Program-made: the position numbers and the translations under genes
Source of the DNA: a virus
Taxonomy: Duplodnaviria; Heunggongvirae; Uroviricota; Caudoviricetes
Direction: 5' to 3' (one strand)
IMG/VR virus record: IMGVR_UViG_2778261509_000015
Length of the DNA: 33,902 bases
In this document: positions 1-9,103 of the stretch, in pieces
Position numbering within the stretch: position 1 is the first letter of the stretch
How the letters are laid out: each line of letters opens with the position of its first letter
Notes under the pieces: generated by a model
What the model saw: the letters and a program-made list of their open reading frames with translations, nothing else
The model's database searches: none
What the model was told of the DNA's origin: nothing

Positions 1-480
1 GGTGGTTTTGCCCTTAATGGTGATGTCTTTTTCCGTCACCCAGCCACCGTTACGCTGTATCTGAACCAGCAGGCGAACTTCCGACGGATTCCGGTCCCCT
101 TTTGAGGTGGTTTCCACCAGTGCCTGCACGCCGAAAGTAAAACGCAGACGGTCAATGTTTGCCGACGTGATGGTCCGGGTGATCGGCGTGTCATATTTCA
201 CTTCCGTACCCAGCACCGTCTCGGAGCCGGAGGATTCAAACCCCTCAGGCGGTATCTGCTCCTGCTCACCGGCACGGAACACCACCGTGACACCGGAGAT
301 GTTGGTATTCCCCTCACTGTCCAGCACCGGCGTGCTGTTCAGCAGCACGCTTTTTAATCCATCCACCGGACCTTCAATCGGCCCTTCGCTGATGGCATCA
401 ATCACACTCAGCAACTGCGTGGACTTCAGATTGTCCTTCGCTTCGCGCGGGGTATGCCCCTTACTGCTGCCTTTACCCAT
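1..480 (-). CDS. J: Tail tip / host specificity protein J, N-terminal 160 codons only (gene continues past window start)
   Basis: ATG at 480..478 (minus); translation MGKGSSKGHTPREAKDNLKSTQLLSVIDAISEGPIEGP matches lambda J N-terminus as recalled; follows gene I. Confidence 0.85.
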   Translation of the reverse strand, partial: MGKGSSKGHTPREAKDNLKSTQLLSVIDAISEGPIEGPVDGLKSVLLNSTPVLDSEGNTNISGVTVVFRAGEQEQIPPEGFESSGSETVLGTEVKYDTPITRTITSANIDRLRFTFGVQALVETTSKGDRNPSEVRLLVQIQRNGGWVTEKDITIKGKTT

Positions 481-540
481 TCGTCATGCTCCATAAACGA
501 CAAAACCGCCCGCAGGCGGTTTCACATAAAACATTTTGCA

Positions 541-1182
541 TCAGCGACCAATCACCACAACCTGACCACCGTCCCCCTCGTCTGCCGTGCTGATCTCCTG
601 AGAAGCCACCCGCGACCCCACGCGCATTTCACCGTACAGAACAGGCAGGACATTGCCCTGGGCAACCATATTATCCAGTGAGGAGAAATAGGTGTTCTGT
701 TTGCCGTTATCCGTTGTCTGTGTGCGGGGAGTTCTGGCTTTCGGTGCCAGCATCTGTGCAACACCGCCAAGCGTCATACTGGCACCGAGAGAAAACAGCA
801 GATTACTCGCCATAATTCCTACCCCCGGCATCCATATAGCAACCGCCATAACAGCCGCCCCCAGCACAGCCTGAAACACACCGCCACTTTTGGCTCCTGC
901 CAGACGCGGCACGATATGGATCACAGCACCATTTGCCAGCGGTTCATTAAGACGGGCTGATAATTCCGTTTCACCTGTATCACGCCCGGCAATCCGTACC
1001 TGATACCAGCCGTCGCTCAATTTCTGACGAAACGCCGGGAGCTGTGTGGCCAGTGCGCGGATGGCTTCAGCCCCCGTTTTCACACGAAGGTCGATGCGGC
1101 GGCCAAATCGTTGCAAATCCCCGTAAAGGCAGATGCGTGCCATGCCCGGTGACGCCAGAGGGAGTGTGTGCGTCGCTGCCAT
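541..1182 (-). CDS. I: Tail assembly protein I
   Basis: 213 aa ORF, MAATHTLPLASPGMARICLYGDLQRFG... near-identical to lambda I as recalled; ATG start; overlaps 3' end of K. Confidence 0.9.
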   Translation of the reverse strand: MAATHTLPLASPGMARICLYGDLQRFGRRIDLRVKTGAEAIRALATQLPAFRQKLSDGWYQVRIAGRDTGETELSARLNEPLANGAVIHIVPRLAGAKSGGVFQAVLGAAVMAVAIWMPGVGIMASNLLFSLGASMTLGGVAQMLAPKARTPRTQTTDNGKQNTYFSSLDNMVAQGNVLPVLYGEMRVGSRVASQEISTADEGDGGQVVVIGR

Positions 1183-1823
1183 TTGTCGGTATACCTCTCT
1201 CGTTTGCTCAGTTGTTCAGGAATATGGTGCAGCAGCTCGCCGTCACCACAGTAAATAGCGGCATGATTCGGCACCGATGAACCAAAACAGCACAGCAGCA
1301 CATCGCCCGGCTGCGCCGCTGACAACGGCACCTGATACAGCCCTGTGGCCTCCAGATTATCCAGATAGAGATTCTGTCCGTGACGCCACCAGTCATCCTC
1401 ACGATGAAAATCCGGCATCTCAATCCCCGCCAGATGGTAAGCATCCCGGAACAGCGTGTAACAGTCCGTCACCCCGTGCCCAAAGCGCCGCCCGGTGAGA
1501 TGCGGCACACAGCGGAACTTATGAATCGCCCCCCGGCAGACCAGCCACCACGGCAAATCACTCTGCACCTGCAGCCGCCTGTCGGCCTCACTCAGCCAGG
1601 GCAGACCACCGGGGTGGCTGTGGACCAGCGCCACAATCTCACCCTGCATTTTGGCCTGCAGCCAGTCCTCCGGAGCCATCCGGAAATAATCCTCCGGCTC
1701 AGCGGAGATATTCACGCAGGGGAAATATCTTTCTCCCTCCGGTGTTCTCACCACGAAGCCGCACGACTCCGCTGGCGCACATCGCCGGGCGTGCGCCAGA
1801 ATCGCTGATTCAGTTTCTGTCAT
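1080..1823 (-). CDS. K: Tail assembly protein K
   Basis: ORF track start is TTG at 1865; first ATG at 1823 gives MTETESAILAHARRCAPAESCGFV..., the recalled lambda K N-terminus; start lies 5 nt after L stop. Confidence 0.85.
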   Translation of the reverse strand: MTETESAILAHARRCAPAESCGFVVRTPEGERYFPCVNISAEPEDYFRMAPEDWLQAKMQGEIVALVHSHPGGLPWLSEADRRLQVQSDLPWWLVCRGAIHKFRCVPHLTGRRFGHGVTDCYTLFRDAYHLAGIEMPDFHREDDWWRHGQNLYLDNLEATGLYQVPLSAAQPGDVLLCCFGSSVPNHAAIYCGDGELLHHIPEQLSKRERYTDKWQRRTHSLWRHRAWHASAFTGICNDLAAASTFV

Positions 1824-1827
1824 GGAT

Positions 1828-2526
1828 TTACTGCGAAAGTTTGTTAATGGAAAGGAAGCCGCCAAAGTTGCCGAGGTTATTGCGAAACTTACAACCGCTC
1901 AGGCATTTGCTGCATTTATCTTTCGTGATATCGGACGTTGGCTGGTCATATTCATCCGCGACCGCCGGACCGCTATAACTGCACTCATCACCGCGATAGG
2001 TCCAGGTGCAGGTATTAGCCAGCATGATGCGCCCAGGAAAAACGGCCCCATCCGTTTCCGTCGGCGTGGACAGTACAAAAGAGGCACTGACCGCACTCAG
2101 TTCGCTGCACTGCTCGATGCGCCAGCGGCTGATCACCTCCTGCTCCGGATCGGCGTCGCTGTTTCCGTTGACGAAGTTCACCGCATCCAGAAAACGGGCG
2201 TAAACCTTACGCCTGACCACCATTCCGCCGACCAGACTCTGCAGGTCTTCCGCCATCCCGGTGACCATGCCGTGCAGGTTAGAAACCGTCAGTGTCGGAC
2301 GGGCTGCACTGCCCTTGCCGTTCAGTTCAAATCCCGTCCCCTGAATGGGATAGGCCTGATACTGCCGCCCCTGCCAGGTAACCGGCTCACCTTTTTCGTT
2401 CTGCTCATTACAGAAAAAATAACGTTCACCACCGACCTCTGTCAGATCGATTTCCCAGAGCACCACGCTGGCCGACTGCTCCGCACGGGTGCATTCATTC
2501 AGTGTTTCCTGCCGGATATCCTGCAT
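1828..2526 (-). CDS. L: Minor tail protein L
   Basis: 232 aa, MQDIRQETLNECTRAEQSASVVLWEIDLTEV... matches lambda L; ATGA start/stop overlap with M. Confidence 0.92.
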   Translation of the reverse strand: MQDIRQETLNECTRAEQSASVVLWEIDLTEVGGERYFFCNEQNEKGEPVTWQGRQYQAYPIQGTGFELNGKGSAARPTLTVSNLHGMVTGMAEDLQSLVGGMVVRRKVYARFLDAVNFVNGNSDADPEQEVISRWRIEQCSELSAVSASFVLSTPTETDGAVFPGRIMLANTCTWTYRGDECSYSGPAVADEYDQPTSDITKDKCSKCLSGCKFRNNLGNFGGFLSINKLSQ

Positions 2527-2855
2527 CAGTTCACCACCTGTTCAAACTCTGCGCTAAACTCAACACGCAACATACTGACCCGAGACGACCATTTTGCGCA
2601 GGTCACCTTTATCTGCCGGTAGCCATAAGGCGGCGTCCACAGAAAGGCCTTCCAGCCCCCGTGCTCAGCCAGAAACGATTCCAGTGCCATGGCCTCCTCG
2701 CGGGGAACAGAAAGCGTCACGCTGTACGTTTTCAGGTCGGCATTCAGCCCGGCAGGCGCTCGCTGGGAATAGCCATCACCAAAGCGCACCTTCCTTACAG
2801 AAGGGGCCGAAGCCACATCCATACCGGGTTTCACTTTCCAGCGGAAGGTTTTCAT
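2526..2855 (-). CDS. M: Minor tail protein M
   Basis: 109 aa, MKTFRWKVKPGMDVASAPSVRKVRFGDGYSQRAPAGLNADLKTYSVTLSVPREEA... matches lambda M; ATGA overlap with H stop. Confidence 0.92.
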   Translation of the reverse strand: MKTFRWKVKPGMDVASAPSVRKVRFGDGYSQRAPAGLNADLKTYSVTLSVPREEAMALESFLAEHGGWKAFLWTPPYGYRQIKVTCAKWSSRVSMLRVEFSAEFEQVVN

Positions 2856-5800
2856 CGTCCACCTCCGGATAACAGCCCACCATCACGGGACTGCTGTTGC
2901 ATAAAGTCAGCTGCTGCTTTTTTCCCGAGGTCATACACCACCTTCAGTGCAGCCGGGCCTATCTGCCCGTTCGTGCCGTCATTATTAATCTCAATGTGGT
3001 ACTGCGGGGCAAACATCGCCATACCCGCACCACTGGTCGCTGCCACAACCCCCAGTTTGCCGTCAGCACCACGACGCAGTGGCAGAATGGCTTCAGGCCC
3101 GGCCTCGCCCATCACACCAGCGCCTTTTGCAAAAGCAAAAAACGTCGGACGGTTAACCACTGTGCCACTGTAGCGACTCAAATCAGCAGACTGATAAACA
3201 CCACCACAGGCATTAAAGGAAAGACTGCCGAGAACAGAACCCAGCCCCAGTGCACTACCAACGCCCTTTACTGCCTGCATCATCGCCATCTGTGCCATAA
3301 TTTTTGCCATATCCGACAACAGGGAAGAGGTGAAGGATTTAAAATTCAGCTTTCCGGTGGTACAGAACGTCGCCAGCCCGTTGCCCATGCTACTGAACGC
3401 GGTATTAAACAACTGCTCAGCGGTACCCGCCGCATTATCCGCATTCTCTGTAAAACTCTGAAAAGCCCGCATGGCACCCTTTTTCCAGTCTGCCTGCATC
3501 AGCTCCTGTTCCTGCCAGTAACGTCTGTTTTCGTTCAGTTGCCGGTTAAGACTGTCTGTCAGCGTCTGCTCAGCATTCCGGTATTCATCTGTGCCGTATG
3601 TTCCTTTCTGCTTACTGTCACGCTCCAGCTGTTCCCGCTGCTGCTGATATTTTTGTTGCAGACTGAACTGTGACTGGTATCGCTGACGCTGTTTATCCCC
3701 CATCCCTGTCGTGGCGATATCCAGGTCATGTTGCTGACGCAGAGCCCGTTCCTCTTCCGCCAGCTGGCTGGCAAGCTGAATGGATTTTTTCTTCAAATCA
3801 TTCAGCGCCGTCTGCTTCTGCAGCTCCTGCTGTTTTGCATCCAGCAGCGTCAGTGCCTGAACCAGCTCATCCTTATGCGCCAGCATGCTTTTTTCATCTG
3901 CCGTCAGCTTTTTACCGGCTAAGTCACTGATACGCTGCTGCAGGGCCAGAAGCTGTTTATGTGCTTCAGTCATCCTTTCAGTGACAATGCCTGCTGACTG
4001 TCTGGCGGCGGCAATCTGCCCCTCCACCTGCGCCTGTTGCTGGCTGTACTGCAGTAATAACCGGGTGGCCTCATCATTGCGGGTGGCAGGCGTTTTTTTC
4101 TTAATGGCTTTTTCGTAACGTTCATTTTCACGTTGTATCGCTGCATCCCTGACCGCCTGATCGGCGTACTGCATGGCATTAATACGCGCAAGTTCACGCT
4201 GATGTCGTGCTGCTTCCGTTTCATTCATCCGGTTCAGCGCAGCATTTTCAGCATTACGGCGTTTCTGTTGCTCCTGATAATTCCGCTCTGCCTGCTCTTT
4301 TGCATCCTGCAAATCCTGCTGGCGCTTTCGCTCTTTCAGCGCATCCAGTTGTTGCTGATCGTATTCCACCGTGGTGGACGCGTTCGTCCACGGAAATCTC
4401 TTCGCACGCTGAATTTTTTCCTGCAGCGCCGAAATCTGTTCATCCAGCGAGTCTTCACGACCAATATTCATGGCCGCATCCCAGAACTGCCTCCACCAGT
4501 CAGACAATGTCTGAAGCGTACTGCCCAGCGCATTGAGGTTATTATCAATATCCGCAGTACGCCGACCGGTTTCCTCTGCCAGTGCAGACATGGCTATCCG
4601 TGCAGCATCACTGGACCGTCCCTGATCCCCAAGGACACGTATCTGCTCAAGCTGAGTGGCAGTAAGAAAATGCAGCTCATTGTCCAGAGCCTTCGCGGCA
4701 TTTACAGGATCATCCTTCAGCCGCTTAAACTGATTTATGGTATCGCTGACCGACTGGCCAACCGATCGCTCCATCTGTGCGGCAGCTCTCGCCACCATAC
4801 CGATATCGTTTCCACGAAATGCACCACTCCCCACCACCTGAGCCAGCGCACCGGCTGCAGCATGTTGCGTGATACCATTCCCGGAAATAGCACGACTGAG
4901 CGTCCACAGCTGCCCGGCAGTGACTCCGGCATAATGCCCCGTCAGCGACAACTGCCGGTTAAATTCTTCCCCCTCCTTCTGACCGTCATACCAGGCTTTA
5001 CCAAGACCATAGACGGCCGCGGCAATACCGCCAATAACCCCGCCCAGCATCATGCCTTTCGGTGACATCAGTGTGTCTATCCATCCGGCACGGTTAGCCA
5101 GCGTTATCCCGGATCCCCTCAGCGCACCTAAATTGCCGCGGGCCAGTTCACCTATCAGAACGCCTATCTCCTGGCGGGCCGCTGCACTTTTCAGACCCAG
5201 CGAATGCGTGGCTTTTCCTGCCTGCTCCATTTTGCGGATATACACTTCTGCAGCACTGCTTACCCCCAGCTGGGCTGCCTTAGCACGAAGCAACTCAGAA
5301 GATGAAAGATTCTGGCGGGTTGCCTGCTCTTTAAGCTGACGGATAAACGCCACTTTCTGTCGGGTAGCCTCTTCCTCAGCCTGTGTAAGAACACGGGTTT
5401 TCGCCGTAACCTCAGAAATCAGCGCCAGATAATCCTGCTGACCAATCCCGCCACTGTTTCTGGCCTGTCGGATCTGCTGCTGAATACGCTGTAATTCCTG
5501 CAGCCCCGCACTGGCCTGTTTCACACTGTCAATCTGACGATAAAACGCAGCAGCCGCTTTATCCTGAGCCTCCGCCAGAGCCATGGCCTGCGCCTGTTCC
5601 TCGCGCATTTTCTGGCTCAGTGCCTCCATGCGCTGGCGGTTTTTTTCCACCTCGCGGGCCATGCGTTCATGAGCCTGTGTGTTCTTCTCCACCGTCTGCG
5701 CATGGACGGATGCGGCTGTTGCAGACGAAGAAGCCGCCTGCGTTGTCTGCCGGGCGGCCTGAGTCTGACGCTCCATAAAACGCTGCATACGGGCAGAAGA

Positions 5801-5914
5801 CCGTTCTGCATCGCTGGCTGCACCATTCAGAAGGTTTTTGATACGGGGAATTTCATTTTTAAACTCTGCCGCATCAATCCCCAAATCAATGACCAGGTTG
5901 GCTATCTGGTCCAT
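2852..5914 (-). CDS. H: Tail tape measure protein (lambda H-like, about 1020 aa)
   Basis: Long coiled-coil-rich ORF with Gly-rich C-terminus between GT and M; ORF track start is TTG at 5944, first ATG at 5914 preceded by GGAGGTG. Confidence 0.85.
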   Translation of the reverse strand: MDQIANLVIDLGIDAAEFKNEIPRIKNLLNGAASDAERSSARMQRFMERQTQAARQTTQAASSSATAASVHAQTVEKNTQAHERMAREVEKNRQRMEALSQKMREEQAQAMALAEAQDKAAAAFYRQIDSVKQASAGLQELQRIQQQIRQARNSGGIGQQDYLALISEVTAKTRVLTQAEEEATRQKVAFIRQLKEQATRQNLSSSELLRAKAAQLGVSSAAEVYIRKMEQAGKATHSLGLKSAAARQEIGVLIGELARGNLGALRGSGITLANRAGWIDTLMSPKGMMLGGVIGGIAAAVYGLGKAWYDGQKEGEEFNRQLSLTGHYAGVTAGQLWTLSRAISGNGITQHAAAGALAQVVGSGAFRGNDIGMVARAAAQMERSVGQSVSDTINQFKRLKDDPVNAAKALDNELHFLTATQLEQIRVLGDQGRSSDAARIAMSALAEETGRRTADIDNNLNALGSTLQTLSDWWRQFWDAAMNIGREDSLDEQISALQEKIQRAKRFPWTNASTTVEYDQQQLDALKERKRQQDLQDAKEQAERNYQEQQKRRNAENAALNRMNETEAARHQRELARINAMQYADQAVRDAAIQRENERYEKAIKKKTPATRNDEATRLLLQYSQQQAQVEGQIAAARQSAGIVTERMTEAHKQLLALQQRISDLAGKKLTADEKSMLAHKDELVQALTLLDAKQQELQKQTALNDLKKKSIQLASQLAEEERALRQQHDLDIATTGMGDKQRQRYQSQFSLQQKYQQQREQLERDSKQKGTYGTDEYRNAEQTLTDSLNRQLNENRRYWQEQELMQADWKKGAMRAFQSFTENADNAAGTAEQLFNTAFSSMGNGLATFCTTGKLNFKSFTSSLLSDMAKIMAQMAMMQAVKGVGSALGLGSVLGSLSFNACGGVYQSADLSRYSGTVVNRPTFFAFAKGAGVMGEAGPEAILPLRRGADGKLGVVAATSGAGMAMFAPQYHIEINNDGTNGQIGPAALKVVYDLGKKAAADFMQQQSRDGGLLSGGGR

Positions 5915-6215
5915 AACGCACACCTCCGGAAATACCTTCCCCAAGATGCATCAGTTCTTCGTCCGTTCGCTCCGGTATCCCGTTCTCTTCCGGTAAAAGG
6001 CTGAAATCAGCCACCGCAGCATCACTGCTGCCGGACACCATTCTCACGATCAATGCCTTCAGCGAGGCAAACTGCGCATCCATCCACACATCACTGAAGC
6101 TCTGCATCCGGAAATAATCGCCCCACTCACCAAGCTCAGTGGCCGACATTTCCGACAGCATCCGCCGCCAGTCTGCCCGCCGGAACTCCCGGGCAAGGCG
6201 CATGACAAACTGCAT
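5886..6215 (-). CDS. T-frame extension of tail assembly chaperone GT, reached by -1 frameshift from G
   Basis: 109-aa ORF in the -1 frame relative to G, overlapping G stop and H start, as in lambda G/GT; no independent RBS. Confidence 0.55.
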   Translation of the reverse strand: MQFVMRLAREFRRADWRRMLSEMSATELGEWGDYFRMQSFSDVWMDAQFASLKALIVRMVSGSSDAAVADFSLLPEENGIPERTDEELMHLGEGISGGVRYGPDSQPGH

Positions 6216-6223
6216 TTCCCGCG

Positions 6224-6240
6224 TCAGGACTTTTCCGGCG
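6224..6240 (-). promoter_or_regulatory. Candidate -1 programmed frameshift site for G to GT (CCG GAA AAG TCC TGA, slip on AAAAG)
   Basis: Minus-strand sequence ccggaaaagtcctga ends G; -1 frame continues open into the T ORF; lambda uses G GGA AAG at the same place. Confidence 0.4.
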
Positions 6241-6613
6241 TCAGCGCCTCATGCTCAAAATCCCCGGCATTCTCAATGGCTCCCATACCGCTCAGCGACA
6301 GAACCATCTCCGCCCCCGCTCCCAGGGCATCATACGACCATGTTGTAATAACGGATGCGCAAAGCGTCTCAACATCCTGAGACTGTTCCGCATTCCACAG
6401 TGAGCGGGAAACCAGCCAGGCATTGATATCCATCCCCATCCGCAGAAAAGCAATCTGTCGTTCAGCCTCCGGCAGTTCTCCCTCTTCGGCATCAAACTTT
6501 GCCGTTCGCTGCTGAACAAACGTCAGATATTCAATTCTCTGCAGCCCGGACAGCTCACTGAGCACCACGGACTGCTTTTCATAATTAAACGTGCCCTGTT
6601 TCAGAAACATCAT
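6224..6613 (-). CDS. G: Tail assembly chaperone G
   Basis: Position between V and H; MMFLKQGTF... resembles lambda G N-terminus; ATG at 6613 preceded by GGTGGAG (ORF track start 6652 is TTG). Confidence 0.8.
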   Translation of the reverse strand: MMFLKQGTFNYEKQSVVLSELSGLQRIEYLTFVQQRTAKFDAEEGELPEAERQIAFLRMGMDINAWLVSRSLWNAEQSQDVETLCASVITTWSYDALGAGAEMVLSLSGMGAIENAGDFEHEALTPEKS

Positions 6614-6627
6614 GTTCTCCACCTGTA

Positions 6628-6650
6628 AAAAAGCCCCGGATAACCGGGGC
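6628..6650 (-). terminator. Hairpin GCCCCGG-TTAT-CCGGGGC followed by TTTTTT between V and G
   Basis: Read directly on minus strand: gccccggttatccggggctttttt, 22 nt after V stop and about 15 nt before G RBS. Confidence 0.5.
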
Positions 6651-6670
6651 AAATGATGAGTATCGTCCTG

Positions 6671-7414
6671 TTAACCTGCGGCGCTGACAGCCACCGTAGC
6701 CACTGCCACAAAATCGCCGTCAGAAGTCATGCCCACAATGCTGACACTGCCCTGCTTCACGCCTTTCACCGTGGCCACAAGCCCGTTCAGGGTCACCGTG
6801 GCAGTCTGTGGATCTGTCGAATGCACACTGATCGCTTTGTCACTGGCTCCGTCAGGTTTTACTGTAAAGGTCAGCGTGGTGGTTGCTCCCACATTGACAC
6901 TGGCGGATGCCGGTGCCACCGTCAGCCCGGTAACGCCAACGGTTTCAGTGCCCTCCTCTGCCAGATATGGACGCCCCACACCGCTGATTTTCACGGTGCG
7001 GGTCATCACGTCTTTTGAGGCAATGGTTTTACCCAGTGAACTCAGCCAGCCACGGAAAACATCAACAGTACCGTTGGGATATTTGATACGAAACGCGCAG
7101 ACTTCACCGGAGTCGAACAACTGAACCAGTTTTTTCTGCCCGCTGTCACCCGGACGCCAGGCCAGCGTCGCCGAAGTATCACCGACGGATTTCTGCCCCT
7201 GGGTTGTCGTTTTCCAGTCTGCATCTTCATCATCGAGATAAGTGTCATCTTCTGCATCAGCGGTCATTTCGCCAGGTTGCAGATCCTTCACCATCGCAAG
7301 ACGCAGCCAGTCAGTGTCCGATAAAGGGTTCGCAAACGCATCGCCCTTGCCGGTGTACATCCAGAACGTCGTTCCCGCACCTTTCGTTTTTGCCAGTGGA
7401 TTTGGTGTGGTCAT
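6671..7414 (-). CDS. V: Major tail protein V with C-terminal Ig-like (Big_2-type) domain
   Basis: MTTPNPLAKTKGAGTTFWMY...NGTVDVFRGW resembles lambda V; ATG at 7414 with AGGAGG 7 nt upstream (ORF track start 7420 is GTG). Confidence 0.9.
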   Translation of the reverse strand: MTTPNPLAKTKGAGTTFWMYTGKGDAFANPLSDTDWLRLAMVKDLQPGEMTADAEDDTYLDDEDADWKTTTQGQKSVGDTSATLAWRPGDSGQKKLVQLFDSGEVCAFRIKYPNGTVDVFRGWLSSLGKTIASKDVMTRTVKISGVGRPYLAEEGTETVGVTGLTVAPASASVNVGATTTLTFTVKPDGASDKAISVHSTDPQTATVTLNGLVATVKGVKQGSVSIVGMTSDGDFVAVATVAVSAAG

Positions 7415-7425
7415 TGCCACCTCCT

Positions 7426-7839
7426 TTAATTCGTGTACGTGATCTGGTACGTGATTTCCGCCATCGCCCAGGTGGCCATCTCATTATCACGTTGATAGTT
7501 AAAACCGAGAGGGATCAGGGTGTCGATGAGTCCGGAAAGTGCCGGTATATCATTCAGGGCCGGGAAAATGGTGCTCTCCATCCACATATCCAGCTCTGAA
7601 TCCGGTGCCTGTGCCCGGATGAAGACAGCAATATGCAGAACAGCCTGCCAGTCATCTTCATCCGTCATTTTTCCGGTGTACTGAGCATCACTCAGCCACA
7701 CCGCCACGGCAGGCAGTTCCTGCGCATCAATAAATGCCGGAAGCCCGTCAAAAAACGTGGCGCTGTCTCCACACTGTTCCCGAAGGCGTGCCAGTACGGC
7801 CTGGCGGATTTGTGTATGTCGGTTCATCGGGTCAGCCAT
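7426..7839 (-). CDS. U: Tail terminator protein U
   Basis: About 133 aa, lambda U-like by position and the FFDG...AVAVWL...ITY pattern; alternative ATG at 7827 gives ATGA overlap with Z stop. Confidence 0.8.
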   Translation of the reverse strand: MADPMNRHTQIRQAVLARLREQCGDSATFFDGLPAFIDAQELPAVAVWLSDAQYTGKMTDEDDWQAVLHIAVFIRAQAPDSELDMWMESTIFPALNDIPALSGLIDTLIPLGFNYQRDNEMATWAMAEITYQITYTN

Positions 7840-8414
7840 AACCTCAGTTGTTGTTTCAGTGCATACCCCAGCTGTTTCGGCATTTCCGCAGCAATGATGC
7901 GGTCGCGGGCATCTTCAAATGCCTGTGTCAGCGGTCCGGACAGCGGGATTTTCACTACCTCCACAGGAAGACGATTTTTTCTTGGCCTGCCCTGATGGTC
8001 ATGCCCTGTTGCAAAACGCGCTTCAGGAAGACGCCTCAAAACATGCCAGCGGCCATTCGCCAGTTGCTGAACAAATGCCCCCCGGAAAAAGTATTTTCCC
8101 ACTCTCAGTCCTTCACCAGCACGCCGCCGTGTTGTGTTCAGTTTGATGGCGGGCAGATTGCCCCGGTTAACGCGGATCCTGGCCGTCATTTTTCCTGACG
8201 GACTGGCTTTAAACACCCGGACACGCTGACGTACCAGTTTCAGGGGGATCCCTTTCACCTGGTTATCTCCCGCAACGGTATTCCCGGCAACCTGCCGGGT
8301 GGCAACCGAGACCGCTTTCTGTGCCACACGGTTTATCGCCCATGCGCTGGCCTGTGGCACCATACGGGTATCAAGGCTGTTCAGATTGCGGATGGCATTC
8401 TCAAGCCCCTTCAT
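7824..8414 (-). CDS. Z: Tail completion protein Z
   Basis: 196 aa basic protein between FII-like and U in lambda order; ATG start. Confidence 0.7.
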   Translation of the reverse strand: MKGLENAIRNLNSLDTRMVPQASAWAINRVAQKAVSVATRQVAGNTVAGDNQVKGIPLKLVRQRVRVFKASPSGKMTARIRVNRGNLPAIKLNTTRRRAGEGLRVGKYFFRGAFVQQLANGRWHVLRRLPEARFATGHDHQGRPRKNRLPVEVVKIPLSGPLTQAFEDARDRIIAAEMPKQLGYALKQQLRLWLTR

Positions 8415-8425
8415 CCCACACCTCT

Positions 8426-8701
8426 TTACTCAATAAAGATCATTGGCTTACCGTTAAAACGTTCATGCCGTGTGACCGTCCATTGTTGTCCGTCATAAAC
8501 AACGCGATCCCCGCGCCGTGGGCGGTATCCCGAAGAAAACACCACCAGAGAGACCGCAGGTCCGGACAGAGCATTCAGCTCTGCCAGTGTTTCGCCCGGG
8601 ATCACAGCCATATCGACATCATTAATCGAGGCTGTCTTTCCCATCTTTCTGACCGTGATCGCATCCATACGCGCTGCCAGCCGGGAAAAGGGATCAGACA
8701 T
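8426..8701 (-). CDS. Head-tail attachment protein (FII-like)
   Basis: 91 aa; position upstream of Z; conserved RRGD motif region resembles lambda FII. Confidence 0.55.
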   Translation of the reverse strand: MSDPFSRLAARMDAITVRKMGKTASINDVDMAVIPGETLAELNALSGPAVSLVVFSSGYRPRRGDRVVYDGQQWTVTRHERFNGKPMIFIE

Positions 8702-9017
8702 TGAGTTTTACCGGCACTTCTTCTGCACTGGTTCCGGCATCTGCCCAGACAACCCCGACCAGCGGATCAGAGCCGCTGTTAGTCAGCTGAACTTTTCCGG
8801 ACTTCAGATAAACCTTCTTACCCGTTTTCATGTCATCCGTTTTCAGCTTAGGCAGCATAAACACACCTTCGGTCATGCCGTCGCCTGTTTCACCCTGTGG
8901 AATATCGGTCAGCGCCACCGCAAAAACATCACCCACCTGCACCAGATCTCCGCTGCTGATGGCTGCACTGGCAACAATCGCCACCGTTTTTCCTTCTTCT
9001 ACAAAATTCTTTGCCAT
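8694..9017 (-). CDS. Small phage head protein, DUF2190-like (possible decoration/cement protein)
   Basis: ATG at 9017 with GGAG upstream gives MAKNFVEEGKTVAIVASAAISSGDLVQVGDVFAVALTDIPQGETGDG...; sits immediately after capsid gene. Confidence 0.45.
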   Translation of the reverse strand: MAKNFVEEGKTVAIVASAAISSGDLVQVGDVFAVALTDIPQGETGDGMTEGVFMLPKLKTDDMKTGKKVYLKSGKVQLTNSGSDPLVGVVWADAGTSAEEVPVKLNV

Positions 9018-9060
9018 AACTGTCTCCGCACAGCCCCGTTCAGGGGCTGATTTCAGGTAC

Positions 9061-9080
9061 AAAAAAAGCCCTTACGGGCC
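9061..9080 (-). terminator. Rho-independent terminator after capsid gene (GGCCCGTAAGGGC + TTTTTTT on minus strand)
   Basis: Hairpin and T7 run read directly, about 25 nt downstream of capsid stop at 9104. Confidence 0.6.
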
Positions 9081-9103
9081 ATCAGAGTTGTTGTCTGCGA
9101 CGT

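Noticed and set aside
107-496. 129-aa plus-strand ORF
   Set aside because: Lies antisense to the well-supported J N-terminus, has no RBS and no recognisable domain; typical shadow ORF in GC-rich coding DNA.
2897-5065. Long plus-strand ORFs (258 and 310 aa) opposite the tape measure gene
   Set aside because: Antisense shadow ORFs within the tape measure coding region; low-complexity translations and no ribosome-binding sites.
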